A DNA stretch of 64,000 nt. Source: Phoronis australis (lineage: Eukaryota; Animalia; Phoronida). The stretch is from contig NMRA01000092.1 in the NCBI GenBank assembly GCA_002633005.1, positions 649,170 to 713,169 on the forward strand, written 5' to 3'. Positions 36,382 through 51,700 of the stretch are shown one piece after another (position 1 is the first letter of the stretch; every line of letters begins with the position of its first letter). The notes below the pieces were generated by a model that did no database searches, had not been told where the DNA came from, and saw only the letters and a program-made list of their open reading frames with translations. Made by a program: the position numbers and the translations under genes.

Positions 36382-39300
36382 CTGAAAGAAAATATAAAAG
36401 TACAGTTAAGGTAATTACAACATACGCATATTTTTGTTTGGTACTTGTCATGTAAGATCACTAAAGCCACAGTTTTACAGTATCTGAGGACAGGGAAGGT
36501 AGGGAGGGCGGAGAGGGCAACAGCCAATAATTAAGGTATTAAACAATTTCAACGAATTTCAGGTTGTCCACTTATTTGAGCACTTTCGCGGTTATTTTGG
36601 ATGTTTTTTTATTTCTTAGCACAACGTTCTCAAATAAAGTAAGCAGCTCTTCTAGTTTACATCCAGACCGACCTGACACAGATAATTCGTTCCATAAACA
36701 AGAACTCGAGAACAAAGCGAGAAAGAAAATCACCGACTCACATGAATCGTACAGTAATTCTACTCTCATTTCGGACAAAAACAATTGACAGAATGGTCAC
36801 TTTTCCATTTTTCAAAGGCTGATAACCTTTTTACAAGTAATGGGAACTTTACGCCCAATAAAATGATGTTTTGTGACAACTGACATCTACACACCACCAA
36901 CCATGCTCGTATCAAGACTAACATGTTCTAAATCTTTACTTTGTCAAAACATTTAACGAAAAAGAATTTCACTTGTTGGCAATATTGTGAGCTAAATAAG
37001 AAGAAATACCCGAGCAAAAGATCAAACTAAGCACTTCTTCACCCAGAAGCAATGGAAACAACAATATCAATCAAAGAGCACTCCAGGGACTTTACAAATG
37101 GTCAGAAAGCAAATTTTAAGCAGGCATACCAAGTTAAGTGTCTGGGGCTCACTAAGCATGTCAAGTTACTGATGCCTCTTAACTAATCAATACCCACACT
37201 TAATCAGTATGAATTTATAAGACATTACTGCAGGGATCTAGGACCCTAACATCACCACTTCACACACAAGCCTTGCTTCTTCATTTCAATACATAATCAA
37301 TAGTTGTGTCACCCTTTGTTTCCGTTTTTTTCAAGCGTACAATAATCCGTCCTAATAATCGAGTAAAATACTGCACTTGTCACAATTGTTTAATTTTTTT
37401 CTACCATTATAATCCGGGCTAATACCCCAACATTATTTTACAATAGTCTCATTCTAAACAACTTACAATTAGTTACAAAGGCTCTGTGGGACCCTAGAAA
37501 ATGTCCAAATTTGGCTATCTTAGCAACATCATATCAGAGTTCCAATTTGTATGAAACTATGCTTTATGCCCTGTTCTCCAAAACACGGTGAGAGATTGTT
37601 TTTAAAATGGTCCACTTCTACATGAGGGGCTTCAAAATATGGACTTCTATGATTTTCATCAAAAAAATCATCAAATTGACGGTTTAGAAAACTGCGACTA
37701 GTTTTTAAGATTTCATCTTAAACCTTTCCATTAAACAAATTTGGTCATGTTATTGATATCATCGGTTTGTTGAACCTTTCTCTTTTGATACAATTGACAA
37801 AAAGACATGGTCATGTGACCTAATTAGAGGCAGATGAACAAAAAATGAAAAGCCACGTTCTACATGCTTTCTACTTCTACAAAACATGTACTTTACTGAG
37901 TTAAAATCTAATTTCGTGGACATTTGGTTAAATACTCAGATGAAAGTCCTACATACACTGTATGACAACATCTTCAGGTCCACAGATGCAGTGTACTTCC
38001 TTGAAAGTTCACCTTTTCTTCCTAGCAATGATTACCAAATGCAATTGAAGGGTGTTAATTTCAGGACCTTGACAGCAGCAAAGGCAAATGGCCATATCAA
38101 ATCCCTGACCCCTGGTCACCTATTTGTATTGTGGTCTGACCTATTGACCAATGGCCATCCACCTCTCCATCATCTAACAATTACAATAACCAAAAATAGC
38201 TCAAAAATGACCTTTTTTAAAGAGGCTCCTTGGGCAGTTCTTTCCGACTACTGTATGGTATGGTCAAAATGTTCATCTACTTAGCGCACAACTAATTTTA
38301 AACTGTCAAAAGTCTCAACAAAAATAAGCCAGAAGACCATAACACCTAGAGCCTTTGAAGAACTGAATATGACTATTGTGGCGATTATTTTTACGAAAAA
38401 GAACATAATTATCACAACAAGTGCACATGGCCAGTTAACTGTAATGTCACATCTGGTGTGAACATGAATCTTAGATCACTCACAGAACATTTTCCAGAAG
38501 GAATTATGTTTAAGGTTTTGAAACCTGCAGGAATGCCATTTTTTTAATATCTCCAGTAAACCTGCCAAAAACAAAGAGTAAACAAAGAGTTAAGTGCCTC
38601 CTGGAACTGCAGCACTTTGGACAGACACAGTGGAGTTTTCAAGTGGAACACTGACTTTCAGAAGAGGACGTGAAAGCACACAGACCAAGACACAAGTGCA
38701 CGACACACGGTTTCTGAAAGAGCACTCAGTCAAAAAGAATGAGCTAAGGTTCCAGCTACAATGCTAGAAGAGTTCCGCACAAAATAACATTATTTCACTT
38801 CGAAGACCGTCATACATGATGCCAGTGAGGTGAAGGCAAGTATATTTTGCTTGATACTCGATAAAACGCGCACTGCTACAAATTCAGCAGAACATGATTT
38901 CAAATATACCTTGTGTGGTCCATCTCACAGAGCACAGAAGGTATACAACTGACATACTTGCCATCTTCTCTTACTACTATGATTCTCATTAACATTCCAC
39001 CAGAAATCAGAAACACTGAGTGGCCAAGTATCAGTATCAGGAATGTTATGTCCTTACATCACAAACCAAAACCTCCGTCACCACCTGCTGGTCTAGTAGG
39101 AACAGCAGTTATGATAACAGTGCTCCACTGTTTCACAATCAGTTGGTTCAAATGAAGATATGTCTTGGTTTGGGATGTGCGCACCATTCCACCCATAGAT
39201 TCAGAAGACCAAATTACGGTACTACCAATGTGGTAGCTGCCCTAGTTTCAGTCAAATCAATTAATCCAGAACTTGAATACTCCCCCTTCCCAATGGACCA

Positions 39301-42300
39301 CAGTAAACATGACCTGGGCTCCATTTCATGAAACTATTTTAGTCTTAACTTAGACTGAAAATAGCAATGCTGTCATTCCATCACATGTCACTGTCAACAA
39401 TGCTGTTTATGTAATGCCAATCAAGCTTGAGAAATGCCCGGTATTTTCAAGAAACACAGCTCTAATGTAAAGCTTTGTACTCAAGTTACCTTCCAAGGAT
39501 ATTTGACCTTAGAACCAGCTGAGTATGCAGAATGGCACTCTCCCAGTAAAGTGAGGCTAAATATTTGACATTCTAGTGGAGTTCTGATGGGTAAGCTACT
39601 ACTAATTTACCTGCAAATGTTATGGTCAACAACCAATTTGTTATCAACCTGTTACACTCTATTTTGACAGCAATGTCAGGAATACCAAGCGGCAAAAACC
39701 ACAACATGAGTGAACTGTGGCTTAGCTCACCAACACTGGATAAAAACACAAATTAAGCTGTTTTTACAGGGGTTCAGTTGTCACACTGTGAGATGTCACT
39801 GTGTGCCTTGCTCATCTAAATTGCATTTACATAACATTATATGCAAATTGGACCAGCATGAGTCATATTACACAAAAACTGTCTTTGAATGCCCATAAAC
39901 AAAAGTCAATGTCCAAACCATGTGGAATGCCAGCAGATCACCTGTATATTGCACAAGTGCATTGGAAATTGGAATATAATCTCTTTCCGCTCAGCCCCAG
40001 TTGTGTTTACAGGTGTAGTTGACACTGGAGCAACTGATCCAGTGCAACTTACTCTACCTCTTAAACCAGTGTCAAAAATGGCCGCTGGCTGCCATGTCAA
40101 CTTGCTCCTTGTCAGTCATGTTTACACACACACTTGTGCCGGATCAGCTGTTCCATGTTAGTTGCTCTGTGACAGATGTCTCCTGCATAACTGCTGCTAT
40201 ACTTGGCGGAGAATGGTGAGCCTGTCAGATCAGTCCAATTTTAGACTTGGATTGATGTTAAAAAGGTGATTTTTTCATAAAAAATGCTACACACTCAAAT
40301 GTAATGGATCATCGCAGCCCAGAACAGAGATATTCCTGAATTGCACCTTTGCGCCATTAGCGCATAAAAGGTAAAAAGGCCCAAGTACATTGCAGCATCT
40401 TTTAAAAGGCAACCCTCTTCCAAAAATGCAAGATTCTAGTCAACTTATAGCCAGTCGGGTAAAACATGACTCTGTTTTAATTTTGGTAAAAGTGGGGTAA
40501 ATGGGTCCTTCTTCAAAATGGCTACCGGGAACCAGTTTCACTGAATTACCGTCACTGCCGTTACTCATTGAAAACTGATAGTCGGCAGCCATTTTGAGGA
40601 AGGTCCTGTTTACTCCACTTTTACCCTTGGGTTTTTTTGTTTCATATGTTACTATTAAAATTACACTAAGTCTGCTGGGCACAACTTTTCAAAAAAGCAC
40701 GCCGCTTTTTATCATCAAACCTGGTCAGGAATATCCCTGCCAGAATATAGACTCTTAGCCTCTGGGAAGCAATGGATGTGCTCTGATATGGAGTTCCATA
40801 GTTTTAAGTAATTTACAGGGCTCTGTAAATACTAGATCAGCAGACAATACAAGCTTGACAAAGGGGTGGTCCAAATCTGGCTTTTATGAATACAGATAGT
40901 GATCAAACAAGAGGACAGTTCTCTCAAACTGATGCCAAGCAGATAACACTTAAAGAAACAATTGCCTAGCTAGCAAAAAGTCCCTTATTAAACCAATTGC
41001 AATAAGGGAAATAACTGTACGATTTAATTATCAAAGAAATAATTCAATTCTAATGAAAAGGTAATTTAAACCTTGAAAGTACAGCACATTTTATGTTATT
41101 TCCTGTTTCAAAACAGAAACTACATGCATCAATTTTTCATGCTAAAATATGAAGGTTCAGGAAAATACCCAAAGCTGGAAACCAACCCCACCTAAAGACT
41201 ACCTGGAAAAGGAAATACACACCTGAGGTGACAAATGACATCAATTTATACTCCCTTCACTCAACCACAGTTCTAATTATCTTACTGGAAACTGTGGGCA
41301 AACAGTCTACCGTAGGTTTTATCCCAGTTTACTTAGACTTTGAAACTAAAATGACAGTAGTACTTGTACACTACATTTTATATTTTGAAGTACGAAAAAG
41401 GCTTTTCTATCCAGTTCTTGTTTTTTTAACTTAGAAGCAAAAATATGTGTTTGTAAGTTCTCAGGTTCCATAGGACGATGGAAAAATGTCCAAATTTGGC
41501 CGACTTGAGAACAACATCTGTACTTCCAGTTACATTGTTTTATGCACTGTTCTCTAAAACAATGTTTTCAAATTATCCACTTTTGTACGAATGGTTGTCA
41601 AAAACCAGAACTTTTTACGATATTCATGAAAAAAGTTGGGTGAAACGAAACATTTATACATGAAAACAAAATCATGTTATACCAACGGTACATTCCTTTG
41701 TTTTCAGGGCCCTCAATCCCTAGATTCGGTCCAATCCCTCTAAAAATATTGAAAAAACATGCAAAATTCCCTTAATGAGGCCCAAAAATTCCCCTCAAGT
41801 GATTGAAAAATAACCCTTGAGGTTCGAATCATTTGCAACTAACACAGGTGACAATGTTAGTTTTGGCTACTTGAGGCAGAGCCTGGCTTGCAAAAGGGTG
41901 GGGGTGTTACTGATGGTGATTGGGAAGTAGAATTTTCCCCTAACCCCAAAAAATTCCCCTCAGATGGTGCAGGCACCTTTCCCCTCAGATAAATGTAGAC
42001 CTTGAACTTGCTAAATGTAATACTAAAACGATGAGGTCCCGCAATCCAATTAATATCAGATTAGTAAAGAGCCAAAATTCTCCACATTTTCTAATTCCAG
42101 AAAATATACACTTTTCCTGAGTTAAAGTCATTAGTTTGACATGTGGATAGGTCCTATATAAGCTTAAATTTAACTAGCATTTTTCACCAACTAATACCAG
42201 AGACAGCAAATACTACATGTTAAAGAATAGATTGTGGTGTTACAGTCGAATTTAATACGTTTAGCAGATTATACACGCCTTTCTTGATAAAGTTATCTGT

Positions 42301-43146
42301 GAACGTGACCGGGTACATGACTCTACATGATGCGGAGGGGAAAGGGAGGCATACATCATACATACATTAATAGATAGTGATTTTACACACTGCATGTTGC
42401 TGTTGAACAAAGGTCCATTTTGTACACTGTTTTACACCACATTTTATTTGCATTTGGCCTCGCCCCTTTCAGCTGTGTGTTAGTGTTCATACTGTATTCA
42501 GTCAAATATAGGCCCATGCGGGCTTCAAATTGGGGAGTGCCAGAAACTGGAGAGGGCTTATACGAAGGCGAACTTATATTAGACAATCGTTTACAAACCC
42601 ATGAGCACGTACTGCACATTCGGCATTCATCAACGAGTTTGTATCACACCTGTGATGAACCCGCACTGTCAGGATCAGTTTTGAGCTTAGACCCACCTAG
42701 TGACAAAGCGCGAGGTACGTAGTTCACTTTGATGTGGACTGAGAGGAAGGAGGTTGGCCAACAGGTGGGCTTTGACATAAGTAAAATTGGGGATGGGCTG
42801 ATACTCAGGCAGATACGAAATTAAATGACATAGGAAGCACAGATTATCTATTAACTCAAGGCTGGTCTTGCATAACCACATTATGATGGTCATGCTCACA
42901 TGGAACTGATCATAGCAGAGTTGTATCCTGCACAAAATCAATAGCTAAGAGCAGACTATGACCAAGGTAGCCATTTAAAATATGGGCAGGAGACACAGCA
43001 ATCTACTGTATTACCAAGACCACTAAGACAAGAATCAGAGTAAATATGCAGTGGTCTATTTATAGCCTACCCTTGTTGACAAGCAGATGAAGGATCACCC
43101 ATCACCAAGGAACACAGGAGTGGGCAGGTCTTCATCATGAATGTCA

Positions 43147-43333
43147 TCCACAAATAGACTTACCCTACAACAAGTTACTCCTGGAACAAGTTGTCGCTTG
43201 GTTTTGGGGCAGTATGAATGCTATTCTATTTAAACTAGTGGAACTTGACCCCTTTGCGACAACTTACTCCACATTACTGAGGAGGGGTAACTTGTTCTAG
43301 GGTAACTTGCACCACTGCTAATCGCTGTGTGGA
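43147..43333. mobile_element. short palindromic MITE-like element
   Basis: tccaca...ttaccctacaacaagttactcc / ggggtaacttgttctagggtaa...tgtgga imperfect inverted arms. Confidence 0.5.
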
Positions 43334-43879
43334 CGTGAACAAGGGGTAAGGCGGAAGTGGACGGTCACGTGGTCTCCTGGCATGAAATTTTTCTGGCATG
43401 AAATTTTCCTGACATGTTAAATTTCGTTCTTGGTGTGTTAAATTTTGCTCTCAATGTGTTAAATTTTCGTTCCTGACATCATAAATTTTCGGTCTTGACG
43501 TCAAACCGTTAAAATATCCATCTTGAGGTTATCAATTATAAGTCCTGTCTTGATTAATTTTGGGTCAAAGCCTAATAAATTTTGTTCTAGAGTTATTTTT
43601 TACCATAGTCTTACAGAGTGAAAATGACGTTTTGGACTAATTTTAATTATTGATTCTTGAGCAAGTGAAAATTCCTGTTTGAGTTCTTTTTTGTTGGTCC
43701 TGGAGAGTAAAAGTAATGTTGATATGTTTTTAATTCTTGAAAAGAAATTACCAGTATGTCCTGGAATTCTTTCTGCTTTGGCTTTCTTTAGTTAAGAGTT
43801 AAGAGCATCCACTGAGTCCACAGGCGTCACAAAGTGCCAAATGTAATGACCTTTTATCCTGGGCTTGCTTTTGTCTTAA

Positions 43880-44289
43880 GGACCTTTCATACTGAGCGGA
43901 GCATCGACGTAAACTGCAAAGTTAACTGAACCATTCATGCTGGCTTCGGTAGTAAACGGACATCGAAGTATATGGTAGGTGACGCTGTCGTCATCGAAGT
44001 AATCACAAGTAGCCCTAATGCATCGTGTGACAATTTGAGAACATTTATGTGTGCAAATTGACATAAAACTTAATATTTACAATTCGACTGGTGATTATTC
44101 GAGCTAAATATAAGCAACTATAAGCGATGACACAGCTCTTTAATTGTTGACGATAACAGTGGCACCTGGCGATAACTTCGATGCGACCAAAATTGACCAT
44201 TCATACCGCAACGCAGCGACAATGCTCCGCTGAACTCAATCCACCTGCTTAAATGACTGTGAAGTCAACTACGTTAGTATGAAAGGCCC
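43880..44289. mobile_element. MITE, PIF/Harbinger-like
   Basis: TIRs ggacctttcatact / agtatgaaaggccc in T/A-rich flanks. Confidence 0.6.
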
Positions 44290-45679
44290 TTTTTTCATGG
44301 TGAGAATCACCTTATAATTCAAACAAACTGCAAACAACACTGGTGTTCTATTAAGACCCCCTATTCAACACAACTGCTATTAGCCTTCTGTTGTTTGTGC
44401 TGGGTTCTGGTTGTCAGGCAATATGACAGGAAAAGGCAACTTCACCTATCGTTTGATGGGCCCTACTTTGATTGCCTTAACTCTTTTATTTTGCTAAGGC
44501 TTTGTTAAACTAACCAGATCACCTAATACATCTAACACTCCGTTCAAGGTAGGCTTTAAGTCTTAAACCTCTTATGAAACAGACTCCAGGAACCAGAGGA
44601 CTGTCTTTCACCTCAATCACCAATTCTGCAACACTTAACAAGTTTTTTATCTTGCACAGAAATGTGGGAATGGCCAACATCTGCTATGTGTTGTTTTCAA
44701 AGTGAAATTTACACTGAAAATTGAGTGTCTCTGGAAGTTATTACGAATAAGATTGGTGAAGCCAACTTTAATTTTTTTCACATTTCATAAAAAATTCACC
44801 TAAACCAGCTAACTGTGAACTTGCAAAATGTTTAAAATAACAAAGTAAACCTAACCAGAAGTATATCAGGCAGATCACCCCAAAAACTCCGAGGATACCA
44901 GTCACACAAAGACAATTTAAACTGCTGAGGACAGACGCATGTTCTTCACACTTCAAAGGCATCTCACCTGTTTCCCAAGGTCAGGAATGAAATCACAACT
45001 TTCAGCTGTCACTATTTTCGGATTAACATTCAACATGAACTGGTACTTTTCGCTATCAGCGTTTTACAAGCATTTTCAGATTAACGTTGAACACACGATG
45101 TGGTACATTTTGCTATGACTATTTTACTAATAAGTTTTGGATTACCTCCCAACATAAACAGTACTTTTTGCTATCATTATGATAACAAGTATTTTCAATA
45201 GATTATTTATCAGTAATAACATGGGCGTATGGTCTAACATCCCTCTAAACGTGATCCAACTCACTCGAACCAGACTAGCAGTTTTGATTCCAATATGCCA
45301 TTCACAGCCATATTGGTAATTGCAACCAGTATTACTGGTAGCTGCAAGACAACCAGAGGAATATTTTGTCTATATACCTACATCTCATTAAATTGCAACA
45401 GGCATATAGTGTACATAAGCTGTAATTATTAGCATGGTAAAACTCGACTGTTTAGGACAAAATTTTGTGAACTGGTCAAATTTTATTTGCTCATTTTTTC
45501 CATATATAGGATATGAAACACGTGAACGTAATGCCCAAGTTCCAGTTCTGTACCGTGGCTACAATCGGACAATATTTTGAAAAGACATTCACAGCAGTGT
45601 TACAAGACCATGAAAATGAAAAAAAGCACATTTTTGGCAATAATTTTCTCCGAGAATGGTGAGATTTCACCTTAATGTA

Positions 45680-45757
45680 GTGCACAATGAATTTGTCATC
45701 CTTTGCACAATGAATTTATCATCCTTTGCACAATGAATTTATCATCCTTTGCACAAT
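45680..45757. repeat. 23-bp tandem repeat x ~3
   Basis: (tgcacaatgaatttatcatcctt)n. Confidence 0.85.
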
Positions 45758-48700
45758 CTGTCAGCTCTAACTGTAGTCAGGGTGCCAAAACATCTCATGC
45801 ACTTGTGTACACGGTTCACACAACTTTATTCAGGTTACAGATTCGCACACCTGCCCGCACTCACAAAACATGGCTGGTGCACCCAAAAAGCCTAATCCAC
45901 AGACTCACATCCACTAGCAAACACATAGACAAACAGCAAAAAGAGCACGCACTGCATCAGACTATTAACTATAAAATTGTAATTATTTGTAGCACCGCAG
46001 TCAATATTGGTTATATTGAATCAGCACATCAGTTGGTCAAAGTAACTTCAAATTACGATAATTTTAATAAAAACGAAGCAGTTATTACGTAAAAAATTAC
46101 ACACGTGAACTCCACTCTTACCACAATATAAGCACAGTAAACAAAAATGTGAACATTCCAGAGACAAAAATGACTGAAGGGTAGTTCAGGTGATTGTAAT
46201 GTGAGTGAGACCATTCTTGACCTGGAGAGTATACCATACTTCAAGAATTGATTTGCAAAAATTCAAAATATTCAATACTAGCCATTATGAGTGTAACCTG
46301 ATGTCCCACGGTAATAGTCATATTACTTGAACGGCACTCAGTATAACTTTAGACGATAATTCAGGCAATTATTTCCATGCCAATTAACTGACGAATCATG
46401 ATACATTAATCTCATGGTGAATGAACTGTGATCATAATATGTTCACGCCTCACAACCCTTGAAAGTACAACGGCACAACCGCAGTTCAGCCACAGGCGTC
46501 AGGTCAAGGAGAGCTCTTTGCAAAAAAGAAGCTCTGGTGCTCACTTAAGCAAAGAAGAATTAAACTGGACACCCACGACAGATAGAAGTGTTACAATGAA
46601 CTTGAAGCGTGTGTCAATATTAAAACATGTGATTTTCCAACTGTAAACGCGTACGAGTAAAGAAAACTGGAGGATGATAAGAGAACTGAAGCAAGATTAT
46701 TCAAACACAAGTCTTGAGCACTACGATCACAGGGATTTTATAACAGAAGTCTGTCATTTGAAAAATGACTCACGACTTACGATAAAAATTTTGTCTTGCG
46801 CTCCTCCTTCACAATTGGTGAATAAAGGTTTCGCCAAGTAATTATGAGCGCATCACAGTCTATAAATAATTTTTCGAAACTATCTCGGTAATAAACAGTC
46901 GCGTTTTTTTGCTCAAAAGAGATTTAAATGTTTTTTTGAAAGTGTTGTGTGAAACGTAAGACTAAACTTCTGACTAAAATTAAGACAATTTTCATGAAAC
47001 AAGCCCCAGATGAAGGGTTGGAATCCAGAAGGATGGATGCAAGACTAAAAGGACAACAAACAACTATCACCCTACTGCGCACGTGGGAAATGAATGTAGA
47101 ACATTAAAAAATGTTGAAATCGACAGATGAGTATAAAAAAACAACTACGTCATTTACAGTACTTGTTTGACCAGAGCATTTAAATCAACAAAAAGCATTT
47201 AACTGGACATAAAAACAAAGGTAACAAAACACGACCACATAACGACGAAACTTCCTAACATTAAACATGGAACCTGGATTTCGACTCAAATAGATACGAT
47301 GTGCTTGATGACACAGTTTCCGTGGGTGAACGCAAAACAAAAAGCCATTTCTGAGAACAGTATCTTCTGAAATAAATTAATGATGATAAGATAAATTTGC
47401 CTGTTGCTGATTGTATTATTGTAATAGCTTTGGTTTCCACGCAGGTTACCATGCACCTTCCATTAGCACCTCACATTGTATAACATTAGCATTCATTGAC
47501 AACAGGACAAAACACATAATCAAAATAACAAGTTGATTTGGTTAAGACCATTTTCCCTCATATTTATTTGTTCAGCTGGGATCTCTTGACTGACAGTGAG
47601 TTTCTTGTTATGATGTAAGAAATGAACATTTCTATCCAAGTAACCCCCCTGTAGAAAGGGAAGTCAAGTTGTGAAACTGAAGACTTCACAGTTTTGCTGT
47701 TTATGTGAAAACAGCCGATTTCCTCCGAAAACAACATTTCTCTTGAATGAACGCAACTATGCCTGGTGTTGCTGAATTGTTAACTGTTGTGTTGGCATAA
47801 ACTTTTTATTTATTTGGGGTTAATCCCCATGTTCACGCCCCTGCTCACCCAACTCTGCTTTAGAGAATTTTCAGATTAAGCACCCGCTGCTTTGGTATGA
47901 GCTCACCCTCAACTTCTGAGAATTTTCAATCAAATAACCGCCAACTGCTCAGGCTAGCACCCACCCATAAGTTACTACAACGAATTGATTTTTGAAATCA
48001 GCAAGGCGTGCTTTCAAGAGAGGAAAGCATATCACTTTAGAGTCTTGCAGTCATTGCCGGAACACTGTATTCCGTTAGCGTCTTCTGCACTGCATTAAAG
48101 ACATCCGCCTTGATCCGCGTTGTTTTAACGACACTTACAGAGACTATAATCACCCATTCTATGCTGCAATAAAACTATTCTTCAAAAGAATAAGTCTTTT
48201 CTTTTAATTTAAGAGCCAAAATGCTGGTTTTCTTAAGCACTGAAAGGCAAAGTGACACAAGTGATATGTATGGCGCGGTCACGTATCTTTATGCGCCTGA
48301 TATATTCAATATATTGCATGTGTTAAGTGCCAAAGGAGAAAACTCGAATCTCCCGATAATGGAAATCCACATGAAGTCCAAATATTCCAAGGCTTTTTAT
48401 TTGTTCCAAAATCAATTACTGAATACGCACAAGACACAATTTTTTCTTGTGAAATTTACACTGTGCTGTTCTCGCGCATCAATGCAATATTCACATCCAG
48501 GGCACACCACGCCTTGCGGAATTTTTTTGACTGGATTCTTTCTAATCATGCGAAATACAAAATACGAACAAAAGGGGAGTTACACTTCTATAAACTTTGT
48601 TATCTTCAATGACTTTGATGACAATCATATGGCAGGTCAGTCCTTGAATTTTTCAAACGAGCATTGGATACATCTGTTACATTGAGAGCGCTAGCTCAAC

Positions 48701-51700
48701 TTTCGCGTCACCAACAACCGTGATCTTGCAACAAATATTTTGACCTTCAGATCTGTGGACTTCAATTTCGAAAGTCATAATAGGTGATCAGCAAGCTTGG
48801 CTCTGTATATGTACCTGTGTTTGGGTAGGCGCCTGCCTCCAATGTCTTAAAATTTACAATTTAAGCACCCACGTCCAATTTGTAGGCTCAGTAATTTAAG
48901 TGCTTAGTGCATATGCCTCTTACCCAGATGTTTATGGTAATACTAATATTGAAAGCTAATGAGTTCAACTCCACAGAAAAGCAAAAACTCACCAAAGCAC
49001 TAAACAGATAAATTTTTATGAGTATGTGCCTCTAAAGACTTGCAATATCACATCTTAACAATTGCAATATTCCCCTGTTCATGTTTACTTAATTTATTGT
49101 AGCTTTGCTAAGCTTTGGTAGGGAAAAGTGAAGCGTGTCAAAAAGCAGATATTTTTAGTTCATAAAGTAGGCCTTGCTACACAAAACACAATCCTATTAT
49201 AAGCAACTACATTGTGGTTTAGTATAGGAGAGCAACACAAAGAAATGAAACCTTTCACCAATTGGAAAATGAAATTGACTTTTGACAAATTATAAATGAG
49301 AAGTGATTAGCCCAGAGCACGGGTTGAGTTCAAATGAATTATACAATTGTATCACGAGTAATTAGCTAGATAGAGTCTACAACACAAGCATCTCCAATTT
49401 GTGGTGAATATCAGAATACAATACTCCATTGAATTTTCGCTAATGCAAGTTATTAATGAATTCTCATTAAAAATTTCACTTGAAAAACAGTGCAACAGTG
49501 CAGAAAACTGAACAGCAGGCACAAGTTCTGAGACGCGCTGGTAGCAAATATATTTAACACACTTTCATAAAACTATGTTCTGATCATATTTGCTAACAAG
49601 CTGTAAATATCAAATTTTAAAAATTTGCTTACTGTTCTGAATGGCTCAGAAGATCAAATTAATAAATTGTACACATTATAAAAACCGTCTTAGAGAATTT
49701 CTCTATTTTTCGCGATCTGTAATGGCCGTACTAAATATACGTATGGTTACTCTGCATTGCCAGATGGCACCAGCACAGAACCAACCATGATAAAATATGG
49801 TTCAGGACACAAAATGATGGAAAAGTTATTGTTATTGTTAATGTGGTTTGTAGGTTAGAACTGTTGCCAGACAACATCAAGGACAAATTTGAACACTATC
49901 AACAATCTTAGTAGAACATTTGAAAAATGGCAACTTTAGCGAATATTTTTGTCTGAAACTGGTGATTTTATAAAATTCTTTTGTCATTTTTCTACTTTGT
50001 AAGAATTCTGACACTTGGAAACTGTTTCTGACCATAGACCTTCAGTAATTGTTTGATCTAGTCTGTGCCTGGTTGCACGAAATAGTCCCAAATGAGGACT
50101 TGGCTAAGCTCCCTGAATCTATTGCATGGGCTTGTGAAAACACTGATTGTCCTTTCATATGCTGTTTGAGTCCCATTACTATGTCAATTTTTGGCTTTGA
50201 TACAAACTGAGATTGAAGTCTACGTTGAATTCTCAATATTATTGAAAATAAGTAGGGATTTTTCTCATGCAACGCCCCTAATTAAAGGGCTGAATTAAGG
50301 GCTCATTTTTTAGCTATTAGGAAATGTCATCAGTCAAAGAGGAGCTCACAATAAAGATAAAATAATAGAAAAATACTCCACCTGTGAGTAAAGAACGAAA
50401 CTAATATGCAAAACATTTAGGGAACTCAGTCGAGTTCTTATTTGGGACTGTTTCATGCAACCAGGCCCTGTAACCAAATTAGTTTCATACTTAGGACATC
50501 AGAAAAAATGCAATCCATAACCCAAACCATATTGGTGCTATTCTCTTAGAATAGAGCCTGGAGCTGAAAAAGGGCCACATGTCTAAATGCATGCAATGTT
50601 TTCCTGAAAACTTGTGCGTCTCTCACTGAACCTTATCTCCGGAAATTGCCATGGGGCTTAACTCTAGAAATAGGCTTAGCATTGCTGTTGACAGCAAGGT
50701 GTTGTGCTGAGTATATGCATGGCAATAGCTTCCTTTCCTTTCACCACAAGGAAAAATGAGCAATATTGTTATGATTTTGATGAAAAGCTTTTCATTCCTG
50801 AGAAGGGTATGTGGATGTTATATGGTACATAGAAACATTAAAGCAATTCATCATATTGTCTGTGGAGGCTATAGTTAGAGACGAGATCAGTATCAGTTTC
50901 ACTGTTGACAGTGGAAAATATTTTGGCAATGACATGCTCTCTACAGTAATGCGCAACAATTACTACACTCAGAACTTCAAACTCTTAAGCGAAATCATTT
51001 GTTACTCCCTCTCAAGGATGCAGTCGTTCACTGAATATTATCATAAACAAAAAACTATGAAAATATACAATCACATCAAACAGTGGCAAAACTGCGAACT
51101 CGAACTCGAACTCGAACTCGTTCTAAAGTAAATATTTGCTGTCCATGCCCTGGTTACAAACACTACTGGTTGAAAACTTTTGACTAGTAGTCCCATTGAA
51201 GACATTTTTCAAAGTAACTCTGGACAGTGGATAAAACTGGCTATAACAGCTATAGGTTCTGAAAGTTTGTAAGGCCTCAGCAATACTACACCCAGGGAGG
51301 CCACTCCAACAGCAGGAGTAGGCAAGGGTACACTACCAACTACTAGTACTGTAAGGTAGATATTTACATCTTATAGGTATTGTCTTGGTGGGTATTTTGC
51401 TTCAGGAACATCATCTCGCATGAATGATTATATGTGGTGACTGCACAGAGGGCTCAAGGTGAAAGTGTGCTGTAATTGGTGGTAGTTTTCAGACTTCTCA
51501 CCACTTATTAAGTGTTTCTGCTTAGTAAAAATAGGCTACACCTATCCTAATACCCCTTGTTTGCTTGATAGGCAAGCTTTTTAGCAAATTATGCCTAATC
51601 TCATTGAACAACCATTGAAATAACGGTGCTTAAAGAACACTTGAAGCTCATCAGTTTTTTAATATCCTTAATACAATGAACAAGAAGAATCACGATCACA

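Noticed and set aside
48221-48685. 154-aa ORF (likewise 57817-58302, 17155-17565, 37886-38284, 45703-46092)
   Set aside because: No recognisable domain, non-coding-like composition, no frame-consistent splice partners, and several overlap repeats.
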